A DNA stretch of 33,023 nucleotides, from positions 1 through 33,023 of the forward strand of contig NW_021832675.1 in assembly GCF_006345805.1 (NCBI RefSeq), read 5' to 3'. This stretch comes from Octopus sinensis (taxonomy: Eukaryota). The notes under the pieces were generated by a model. It was given only the letters and a program-made list of their open reading frames with translations, searched no databases and was not told where the DNA came from. Both the position numbers and the translations under genes were made by a program. Position 1 is the first letter of the stretch. Each line of letters opens with the position of its first letter. Of the stretch, positions 22,599-33,023 are shown one piece after another.

Positions 22599-22942
22599 GT
22601 ATATATAAATCCAAACAATAAAACAAGAATGCAACAGGCAACAATATAAAACACCGGGACAGATAAACGATACAAAGACAGACAGATAGACGATACAAAG
22701 ACGGTCAGCTCCTGTGTTCCTGAGGCAGGAACACAGGAGATGAGACAGGAATATAAGAGAATCTTCGCGGTCAGCAGTCGAGTCAAGAAAGAAAGAACAT
22801 GCTTGGCCGATGCTAAGGATGATCTGGAAACGTGACTGATGAGGGAAGGCTGCTATTGACCCGTCCTTGTTTTTTCCTGTCCGTCTTTGTATGTTTTCTT
22901 GTCGTGTGTTGCGTTCCTGTTCTATTTTTTGGATTTATATAC
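22599..22942. repeat. Inverted-repeat-bounded segment with an internal perfect 14-bp hairpin
   Basis: Left arm tataaatccaaacaataaaacaagaatgcaaca...atacaaagacgg versus rc of 22881-22942; hairpin ctcctgtgttcctg-agg-caggaacacaggag (22709-22739). Confidence 0.75.
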
Positions 22943-23360
22943 TCTTTACTCTTTACTCTTTTACTTGTTTCAGTCATTTGACTGCGGCCATGTGCGGAGC
23001 CCGCCTTTAGTCGATCAATCGACCCCGGAACTTATTCTTTGTAAGCCCAGCACTTATTCTATCGGCCTCTTTCGCCCGAACCGCTAAGGGCGGGGACGTA
23101 ACGTAAACACACCAGCATCGGTTGTCAAGCAATGCTAGGGGGACAAACAACAGACACACAAACACACACCACACACATATATATATATAACATATATACG
23201 ACAGGCTTCTTTTCAGTTTCCGTCTACCAAATCCAATCACAAGGCTGGTCGGCCCGGGGCTATAGCAGAAGACACTTGCCCAAGATGCCACGCAGTGGGA
23301 CTGAACCCGGAACCATGTGGTTGGTTAGCAAGCTCCTTACCACACAGCCACTCCTGCGCC
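22940..23360 (-). mobile_element. SINE family A, full length
   Basis: Tail (tactctt)n tacttgtttcagtca through the head cacacagccactcctgcgcc. Confidence 0.92.
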
Positions 23361-23599
23361 TATATGTGTGTCTGTGTGCGTGTGTGTCTGTGTGTGTGTA
23401 TGTATGTATGTACGTATGTGTGTATGTATGTGTATGTGTATGTGTGTGTGCGTGTTTGTGTGTGTGCAATAAAGAGAGAGAGAAAGAGAGATATTTTATT
23501 GATAGCATTCTCTCTCCAGACACTTGGTGGCCATCGCTGGAACGTTTCACGTTTATTCAGTCAAACTTAGCCCAGGGCTAAATGACAACAACAGCTACA

Positions 23600-23800
23600 A
23601 TTTTTTTCTGATATAGGCATAGGCCCTAAAATTGTACGGTAAGTTGATCATATCGACTCCAGTGCCCAGCTGGTACTTTATTTCATCGATCTAGAAAGGA
23701 TGAAAGACAAAGCTAATTGCGGTGGAATTCGAACCCGTACAACCAGAAGAAACGCTGTTAAGCAGTTTGTCCGGCGTAATAACATATTCTACTAGCTTAA
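23600..23800 (-). mobile_element. Degenerate SINE family B-related copy
   Basis: atcgactccagtgcccagctggtactttatttcatcgatctagaaaggatgaaagacaaag...ggaattcgaac is collinear with the family B core and B box. Confidence 0.7.
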
Positions 23801-24589
23801 TAACGATTCTACCTTGCAACAACAACAACAACAACAACAATAATAAAAAGAAGAATAGATATCTGATATCTCATAATATCCCGTCAATATATATATATGT
23901 GGAAGACATCTGGAGAACACTTCCGGCAGATTACAGCAAAAATATCGAAAGACAAGAAACAGAGATGGCGGGTAGTTAGCAGCGAGTAGAGAAGCGTGCC
24001 TGTAGAAAGATTGTTTGGTATCTCACCAATGTGTGAGAGAAAGAGCCTATAATCAGCTTTTGGGGCCCCCTTTTCTCAAGTATATCAGTGCATGGAATTT
24101 TAAGTGGTGGTGGATGGCGAAGTGGGATTTGGGATTGAGTATTAATAGGAGGTAGAGCAAAGAGACAGAGGGAAAGAGAGTGAGAGAGAGGAGAGAGCGA
24201 TGGAGAGATGGAGAAGGGGCCGGGAGTAAAATTGCTTGGTATTTCAAACGTGTAACAAGGGTAAACATATATTGTCTTTTTTTTATTGTTGTTGTTGTTG
24301 TTGCTTTTTCAGAGAGATTAGTGGAGATTCACGAAACGAAACGACAATAGAAAAATTAAATTTAAGGGTCAAGAAGAGAGTGAAAAAGGGCTTGAGTAAA
24401 TGTCTGACAAAATTAGAAGAAAAGAATGCGAAAGAGACGAGAAGTGGGTAGGGAAAAGATTAGAAGAAAACACAGGGAGGTGAACGGAGACACCTAAAGG
24501 AAGACGTGAGTTTAAAGAGAGAGTCATGTAAAATAGAGACAAGGAGAAAGTGAGAAAAGCGAAAACAAAGGATGAGGGAGCGAATGACG

Positions 24590-24630
24590 GACAGACAGGC
24601 AAACAGACAGACAGACAGACATATAGGTAA

Positions 24631-24700
<70 letters not shown>

Positions 24701-24780
24701 GGATAGATGGATAGATAGATAGATAGACATACAGAGACTGATTGAGAGACAAGTAAATTATATATATGTAGTAGCTGCAG

Positions 24781-24861
<81 letters not shown>

Positions 24862-24974
24862 TATACTGAGAGGGAGGGGGAACAAGAGAGAGACAGAAAG
24901 GGAGCGAGAGAGAGAGCGAAAGGAAGAAAGAGCGAGAGATAGACAGACAGACATATATATACATACATATACAC

Positions 24975-25005
<31 letters not shown>

Positions 25006-25123
25006 CATACATGCATGCATGCATACATACATACATACATACATACATACATGCATGCATGCATACATACATACATACATACATACATGCATACATACAT
25101 AGGCAAATAATTGGATGGATGAC

Positions 25124-25160
<37 letters not shown>
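24590..25160. repeat. Compound (AGAC/AGAT)n, (CAG/TAG)n, (ATAC/ATGC)n arrays
   Basis: Directly visible. Confidence 0.93.
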
Positions 25161-25162
<2 letters not shown>

Positions 25163-26029
25163 AGAAAAATAGCAAAAAAAAGCTAGAAACTTAAGAAAGC
25201 TATTGATATAAGAAAGGTGTGTGAGAAGGATTTAGTATCGGCCATAAAAGGTGGGTGTTTGGTGAATGAGTGTGAAAGGGACATAAAATTTTAAAATGGC
25301 GTTGGTGGGTGAAGTATTTGCTTGGATGAAGAAGAGAGAGAAAGTGTGTGTGTGTGGGAGTATGTGTGTGAGTGTGGATGGGTGGGGGGTGTATGTGTGT
25401 GTATGTGTGTGTGTGTAAGTGTGTTTGCGTATGTGTGTATGTGTGTGTAAGGGGGGGCAGAAGAAAGAAAGAGTGAAAGACAAGATGGCGTACATGTGTT
25501 TGGGGATAGCTATACGTGTGAATGTGCGTGTTTGTATGTTATTATATATAGTATTTATATATAGTATGTATATACATCTGTGTGTATGTGTGTCTTTATG
25601 TATATGTCTGTGTGCCTGTGTGTATGTGTGTGTGTCCGTGATGTGAGCTGAGTGTATTTAACATGCATATATATATATATCCACATGTTTATACAAGTCC
25701 GTGTGTGTGTTCACACGTTTACTTTCGTATGTTAATTGTTCTGTGAAATTGTGTGTACATAACTGTACGCTTTGTGTGTGTGTATGCATATATATGTATA
25801 TATATATGTGTGTGTGTGTGTGTACATAAATATTTATATACATATATATATGCACACACATATATATATATACTTACATATATATATACGTACATATATA
25901 CACGCATACATACATTAATATATGTATATATTCATATACGTGTGAGCATATACATGTACACATACACACGTACACACGCATACACATATATACACACATA
26001 TATTCCCCCTTCCGATAAAATATACAACG

Positions 26030-26074
26030 CTAGATAGATAGATAAACTGATAGATGATAGACAGTGTGACAGAC

Positions 26075-26159
<85 letters not shown>

Positions 26160-26193
26160 CAGAGATAGACACACAGACAGATAGACAGATAGG

Positions 26194-26252
<59 letters not shown>

Positions 26253-26255
26253 GAC

Positions 26256-26297
<42 letters not shown>

Positions 26298-26298
26298 G

Positions 26299-26330
<32 letters not shown>

Positions 26331-26361
26331 CAGACACACAGACAGATAGACAGATAGATAA

Positions 26362-26428
<67 letters not shown>

Positions 26429-26437
26429 CAGACAGAC

Positions 26438-26519
<82 letters not shown>

Positions 26520-26520
26520 A
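26030..26520. repeat. (AGAT/AGAC)n compound array
   Basis: Directly visible. Confidence 0.95.
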
Positions 26521-26849
26521 CGTATGCATCTACGTGTGAGCACGTACGTCTGTGTATATTTATGTATAGAGAGATGCTGGAGGGTGGCGTGGGAAGGTGC
26601 AGTCGGTGGTCAGTTTACACAACACACCTACAGGTATTTAAATACGAGCATAGAGTGTTAGGAGGAGGGGAGTGGTGGCGGCGGCGGTGGCGGGGTGGGA
26701 GTTTATGATTGAGTTGTTGGTGTGGGCGTTAGGGAGAGACAAGGACTGGTTGTGGTCATGGTGGTAGTGGTGGTATAGGTGGTGGCGAGTGTGGGTGGTA
26801 TGTGGTGTTGGCTGCGGCAGAGATGATTGTGGTATTAGCATTGTCAGCA

Positions 26850-26853
26850 GCAT

Positions 26854-26952
<99 letters not shown>

Positions 26953-27102
26953 TAGTAGTAGCGACAGCAGCAGAGTTGGTGGTGGTGGTATTAGCGGTGC
27001 CAGTAGTGGTAGTAGTAGTAGTAGTAGTAGTAGTAGCGACAGCAGCAGAGGTGGTGGTAGTGGCATTAACGGTGTCAGTAGTAGTAGTGTTAGTAGTAGT
27101 GT

Positions 27103-27135
<33 letters not shown>

Positions 27136-27180
27136 CAGCAGCGTAGTAGTAGTAGTTGTAGTTAGTTATGATGGTAATTG
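26850..27180. repeat. (TAG)n/(CAG)n/(TGG)n array with an imperfect internal duplication
   Basis: gtagcgacagcagcagag...gtgg...ggtg occurs twice (~26958 and ~27034). Confidence 0.9.
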
Positions 27181-27304
27181 TGGTAGTGTTGGTGATAGTG
27201 CCGATGGTGCCAGTTGGCGAGTGGCACCATTTTTTTTGTGATATAGTGGCACATATGTAACAGATGTGATAAAGGAATACAAAGTTCATGCCTATACGAT
27301 GTGG

Positions 27305-27425
27305 GCACGGTTCTGGGTCCAACCCCACTGTGTGACACCTTCAGGAAGTGTCTTCTATAACGCAGGGCTCACTAAATTTCTGAGTGGATTTGACGGGCGG
27401 AACATGAAACCCGTCGTGTGTATAT
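27305..27425 (+). mobile_element. Degenerate SINE family A 5' half
   Basis: ggttctgggtccaaccccactgtgtgacaccttcaggaagtgtcttctata...tgagtggatttgacgggcggaac. Confidence 0.7.
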
Positions 27426-27465
27426 ATTTACATACATATATGCACACACACGCGCACACACCACA

Positions 27466-27515
<50 letters not shown>

Positions 27516-27779
27516 TGCACATAACTAACACACCTGCTTGTTTTCCCCACCTGTCTTCGTCTTTTGTTTTCTGTAAATTTGAACTATATATATATATTAG
27601 ATGATGCAAAATAACTTATTTCAAAAATCTTGAAGACACCCTCTAATTTTATTTAATTTAGTGCAAAAGCTCAACATGCAAAAAAAATTCAGCAGATATT
27701 TTAGAGGTTGCTACCATCCACTGAGCATTTTGTATATTGTTATTATTTAGTTTCCATTTATTGTATATTTTCTGTCTTC

Positions 27780-29243
27780 TTGCCATCTTCTACTGGCCCT
27801 GACATGCAACTGTTTAAGAGATTCAAAGCAAAGTGGGTGAAAATTGACATAACAACAGGCGTCTTTCGACTGGGGATGAATTGAATTCAGCTGGCGTGTG
27901 TGGGAATGAAGCCTTACGGCAGAGGGAATGTATTCTTTTAATTTTTTTATTTGTTTCCGCCATGCTGGAGCACCACCTTTAGTCGAACAAATCGACCTCA
28001 GGACTTTTTTCTTTGTTAGCCTAGTACTTACTCTATCGTTCACTCTTGCCGAATCGCTAATTACGGGGAGGTAAACACACCAAAATCGGTTGTCATGCGA
28101 AGTCAGAGGGACAGACATACACACATACACACCACACACAACACACACACACACCACACACACACCATTAGGGGCTCAGAAAAAAGAGACGACGGAATAA
28201 TTACAGGATTTTAAAAAAGTAACTGGGGTCGATTTGTTCGACTGAACCCTTCAAAGCAGTGCCCCAGCTTAGTCGCAGCAGTCTTATTACCGAAACAAAC
28301 ACAGGATAAAACACAAAACACATATACACACAAACAGCAACAGATGATCCTAGCATTACAGAGAAAATCTCAGATGCTGAAGAAATCATTCAATTTGCTC
28401 AAGCTCAGCTTGATGAACAGAAGCCTCGTGATGACTACAAGGAATTGCTCGAGCTAACGCTCATTTTTCTAGGTAGTACCTCCCAGGTCAGGAATCAGCT
28501 TTAAAGCACTCGGAGCTTATTATAGAGCACTCTGGATGGCCAAGCTAATTTACTGTATTAAAATTTACATGTTTAAATCTCAGTTTAAACTGAGAGAAAG
28601 GAAAAAGGACTGAGGGATGTTTGATGTTTTTCAGCTGCGATATACCTCAGATCGTGGTATCTGGTATCCGCATCCTCATACGCCCCGCCCCTACCGTTCA
28701 GATTTGCATTTTGTGCAAAGTCTGCAGCTCTACAAGCAAAAGGATGACAAAATTGCAAGTACTGCACTCAATAAGCTTTTGAGACATGGTGCTTGCATTT
28801 TTTTTTTTTTATTCAGTTGTTTTACATGAGACAAAAAAAAAATGAAGCATGCTCTGCAGAAACCGGTTGACTCAAAACCGAGCAAACGTGCATCAATAAA
28901 TCCTGAATCAACTGGGCAGAAACAACTGCAGGATTACGTTACTGCCAACACAAAAAGATTTTTTGGAATCCTAGAAGGGGGCCTTGCACCTTTCTTGAAA
29001 AAAGATGCTGAACAACGGAATGATGATGAAAGTTTTGCGAATGCGAGCGATATCACATATGGACTCAAAGTGGTAAACGACATTGCGGAAAGAGGTGTAG
29101 GACTGATGGGGGAATACAACAAACTGATAACCAATGGTGAAGAACAGAAACAATAACTTCTTCAAATTGTTAAAAGTTACAGGTCGTCACTCTCAAACAA
29201 AAACAAGAAAATATTATTCTTGCTTCACAAAATACAAAAATAA
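27780..29243 (+). pseudogene. DDE transposase C-terminal half (hAT-like), split in two (27780-27855 and 28331-29243)
   Basis: SSTGPDMQLFKRFKAKWVKID | QTATDD...PRDDYKELLELTLIFLG...GAYYRALWMAKLIYCIKIYMFKSQF...SDLHFVQSLQLYK...ALNKLLRH...DYVTANTKRFF...LKVVNDIAERGVGLMGEYNKLITNGEEQKQ*LLQIVKSYR. The AERG glutamate is the likely catalytic E. Frameshifts and stops are present. Confidence 0.8.
27950..28312. mobile_element. Two partial SINE family A fragments in opposite orientation (27950-28130 -, 28200-28312 +)
   Basis: ccgccatgctggagcaccacctttagtcgaacaaatcgacc versus ggggtcgatttgttcgact...cagtgccccagc. Confidence 0.7.
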
Positions 29244-29705
29244 ACTTACATAAGTTGTTATGATATGCCTACTGAAGAAACTTCCACATAAAAAAATTAA
29301 AGCGCTATACGCTGTACCTCACTACATACTACAGCCTAGAATGTCATCGTTTTTTTTTTAAACTAGGGTTAACTAGGTACATATCAAACTGGTTCCGGCG
29401 AAAATATCAACAAAACAGTATTTTTGAGCACAAACTGATATCCATTTATTTTTAAAGCTCGGTAGCAACCTCTAATTTTCTCTTTTTCGACCCTAAATTT
29501 CGCATACAACGTTTTCTTAGGAATATAAATAAGATAGGAGAGTGTCTCCCTGAAAATTGAAAAATAAAATTTTTGACCCCATTTTTTGCATTACCATACT
29601 ATGTCTGTGTGTGAAATAGGGATGTAGGGAAACCGGGCCCATGACCTTGGCTAGGCTTGAAAAGGGCGGCGTTTATCGTTTATATATATATATATAAATA
29701 TATAT

Positions 29706-29940
29706 GAAAGGCGGCGAGCTGGCAGAAACGTTAGCACGCCGGGCGAAATGCGTAGCCGTATTTCGTCTGCCGTTACGTTCTGAGTTCAAATTCCGTCCAG
29801 GTCGACTTTGCCTTTCATCCTTTCGGGGTCGATAAATTAAGTACCAGTTACGCACTGGGATCGATGTAATCGACTTAATCCCTTTCTCTGTCCCTGTTTG
29901 TCCCCTCTATGTTTAGCCCCTTGTGGGTAGTAAAGAAATA
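29706..29940 (+). mobile_element. Full-length tRNA-derived SINE (family B)
   Basis: gaaaggcggcgagcTGGCAGAAACGttagc...GAGTTCAAATTCC (A/B boxes), central gactttgcctttcatcctttcggggtcgataaa domain, and tail gtagtaaagaaata. Confidence 0.92.
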
Positions 29941-29958
29941 TATATAAATATATATATA

Positions 29959-30077
29959 GGCGCATGAGTGACTGTGTGGTAAGACGCTTGCTTCCCAACT
30001 ACATGATTCCGGGTTCAGTACCACTGCGTGGAACCTTGTGAGTGTATTTAGTAGACGGAAACTAAAACAAGCTCGGC

Positions 30078-30114
<37 letters not shown>

Positions 30115-30340
30115 TGTGTGTATGTATGTATGTATGTATTTGTCTGAGTTTCCTTCCCCACCACCATTGCTTGACAACAGATGTTGGTGTGTTTACGTCC
30201 CCGTAACTTAGCGGTTCAGCAAAAGTGACCTATAGCATAAATACCGGGATTAGAGTGAATAAGTCCGGGGAACGATTTGTTCGTCGAAAGGCGGTGCTCC
30301 AGCATAGCCGCAGTCAAATGACTGAAACAAGTAAAAGAAT
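29959..30340 (+). mobile_element. SINE family A with a ~43-bp internal deletion
   Basis: ggcgcatgagtgactgtgtggtaag...ggaaccttg|tgagtg...gactgaaacaagtaaaag. Confidence 0.9.
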
Positions 30341-30434
30341 ATATACAAATATCTAAATATATATATATATATATTAATAATGAGAAATACTTCACAGATG
30401 GAGGTTTTATATTTTTATTATATTTTTATTAGTG

Positions 30435-30492
30435 TATTGCTACATATGTTTCGGTATTACATGTATATTTACGGAACCACCTCATCACCATA
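30435..30492 (-). ncRNA. Degenerate hammerhead ribozyme motif with palindromic stem III
   Basis: (g)TGATGA-GGT...ACC-GAAAC-ATAT-GTA-gcaata. C3 is replaced by G and stem I is poor. Confidence 0.45.
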
Positions 30493-30513
30493 TCCATATT
30501 CAACCGATCAGGA

Positions 30514-30555
30514 AGTTACCATTTGTTTCGAACATATAAAGCTCTTGATCAGACC
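30514..30555 (-). ncRNA. Degenerate hammerhead ribozyme motif
   Basis: ggt-CTGATCA-A-GAGC(tttatat)GTTC-GAAAC-aaatg-GTA-act. Stems I, II and III can be formed; G8 is replaced by C. Confidence 0.5.
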
Positions 30556-30749
30556 AAGACTGTATGCCTACATCAAGTTGTGGAGAGGTTATGTGCCTCT
30601 TGCCAGCAAGTCATCTATACTGCTCAGAAATTTATAGGTGCGAAATCAAAGGTAACTACCTGAGTGGCTATAAACGACAATTATATTAACTATTACTGCT
30701 CCAGAGTCTTTTAGAGTGTGCTTCTTTCCGGTCTTATGAACTGCTGGCT

Positions 30750-30751
30750 GA

Positions 30752-30797
<46 letters not shown>

Positions 30798-30997
30798 AAC
30801 ACATATATATACATTTCTATCTGTGTATATATATGTATACAGAGAGTTTGTGTAGTCGCGTCAGTGTATGATATCGACATAATATATATTTAAACGTACA
30901 CATATATATATACTTTTTTATATATTTATATGTGTGTGTATGCATATATATATAATATATATACATATATATACTATATATGCATACATATATTATA

Positions 30998-31055
<58 letters not shown>

Positions 31056-31892
31056 GTATATATGTCTGTATATGTATGCATGTTTGTATGTATCTGTGTA
31101 TGCATACATATATTCATATATATACAAATGTACATATACATATATATTATATATATATATGCGTTTATATGTGTGTTGGCTGACTCTGTTTATACACACA
31201 CTCACACACATGCATTCACATATAAATGAACATATCTACACTTACATTCATACATAGATACATACATGCCTACGCTTACAAACACACATTGACATATTCA
31301 TATCAAAAAGTATCAATACGTACGTATACACTTAGGAAAATTGATATATATGCATATATAGATACGTATACTTGTTTGTGCGTGTGGTGTGTGTGTGTGT
31401 GTGTGTGTGTTTCCGTACGTGTGTGTGTGTGTACGGGTTTGTGAGTATGAATATGTGTCCATTCACCGTTTTCTATGCCGTGACAAACATCAAGTAATAG
31501 CGCAATAAAGATATCAAAAAAGAAATAAGGGAAATGAGATGGCTAAAAGCCTGAAAACTACTCGCGTGAAAACATATTCAGTTGACAGCCAACGGACTGA
31601 TTAGGAAATAGGCGTGGATCGGTAATCGATAAGGATAGTAAATATCATCTATTTCCTCTAATGCGAGATGAAATAAAAATGTATTTTCATTGATTTCATT
31701 GAAGCAGTTTATTGTTCACTGATTGATTGCCTATTGATTAAAATTATTGCATTATGGCCTGTTATTTTTGATGTTTTGTTTGGTGGTAGAGCAAACGTTG
31801 TTCTTTCCTTTTAGTTATTTCCAATATATTTTTTTGCATTTATGTAATTTCATATATATATATGTACACACACACACACACACAAACACACA

Positions 31893-31947
<55 letters not shown>

Positions 31948-32269
31948 GTATATATGTATATATGTATATATATATATGAATATATATATACATAGATATA
32001 TATGTATATATACATATATATACAGATATACATATCTTTGTATATGTAACGTGTTTGTGTCTGTGTACGTATCTACATACATAATCATACACATAAATAT
32101 ACATATACAGAGAGAGGGAGAGATGTATTTGCATATATATATATATATATATCAACAGGAATTGCGATGCTGCGGTAGATAATATTATGTACTTATATAT
32201 ATGTATGTATGTATATCTGTGCATACATATAAATACACACATGTATGCACGTATGTATATGCATATATA

Positions 32270-32311
<42 letters not shown>

Positions 32312-32497
32312 TTTATATATATATTATATAAATATATATATATATATAATATATATATATATTTTATTTATATTTATACACACAACACACCACATACATA
32401 GACTCAGATATGAATACATACATACATATGACTCACGACATTTTATATAAAACGAAGTTTGCTATGGACAGACTATCAACAATGGCTGTGATGATGA

Positions 32498-32585
<88 letters not shown>

Positions 32586-32809
32586 CTACATACATTATTT
32601 TTCTATTTGTATTCATGTTTGAACTATGGATGCATTTATTTGTAGGTATATATATATATATGTGTGTGTATGTGTGCGTGTGTGTGTATGAATGTATATA
32701 TATATATATATACAGTTCTATAGACTGCTGATATGTAATTACTGGTATATACATGCAAATAATATTTCTGTAAGTTTATACGTATTTGCTGATAAATATA
32801 TACCTATAT

Positions 32810-32907
<98 letters not shown>

Positions 32908-32974
32908 CTTATATATCTATAGACGCTTGTATAATACATATGTATATATAAAAAATCGCATATATTCATGTATA

Positions 32975-33011
<37 letters not shown>

Positions 33012-33023
33012 TATCTATATATC
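30750..33023. repeat. TA/CA/TG-rich low-complexity region with small unique islands
   Basis: Directly visible. The largest unique island is ~31440-31830. Confidence 0.9.

Larger units (their letters stand above)
27598..29603 (+). mobile_element. Internally deleted hAT-superfamily-like DNA transposon (hATm/hATx-type lineage likely), interrupted by SINE debris
   Basis: Perfect 15-bp inverted motif ttagaggttgctacc (27701-27715) / ggtagcaacctctaa (29461-29475), plus further imperfect inverted similarity towards both ends. Transposase relics lie inside. Subgroup naming is from recall. Confidence 0.65.

Noticed and set aside
23895-23980. ORF 23722-23979 or a possible small exon (VEDIWRTLPADYSKNIERQETEMAGS)
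   Set aside because: No recognisable domain. The ORF starts in a SINE, crosses an (AAC)n tract, and splice sites are not convincing.

Overview
Eukaryotic, AT-rich, repeat-dominated window with no recognisable host protein-coding exon, tRNA, rRNA or CRISPR array. The microsatellite load plus the SINE families suggest an octopus/coleoid cephalopod genome (inference from recall, not searched). Nearly all supplied ORFs are read-throughs of microsatellites. Supported content: (i) three tRNA-derived SINE families in many copies, including a tandem multimer; (ii) LINE relics: a 380-bp RTE-type 3' end with a 7-bp TSD, a degraded RTE-BovB-like RT region, and an abutting HERO-like restriction-like-endonuclease (RLE) element; (iii) DNA transposon relics: a mariner derivative built from two inward-facing 5' ends, and an internally deleted hAT-like element; (iv) rolling-circle relics: two non-autonomous Helitrons and one Helentron/HINE-like element. 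The most interesting unexplained signals are three degenerate minimal hammerhead-ribozyme motifs (one at ~15.4 kb and a tandem pair at ~30.4-30.55 kb, minus strand), a ~440-bp loopless palindrome (21567-22005) with identity decaying outward, and several smaller hairpin or fold-back structures. All alignments and translations were done by eye.
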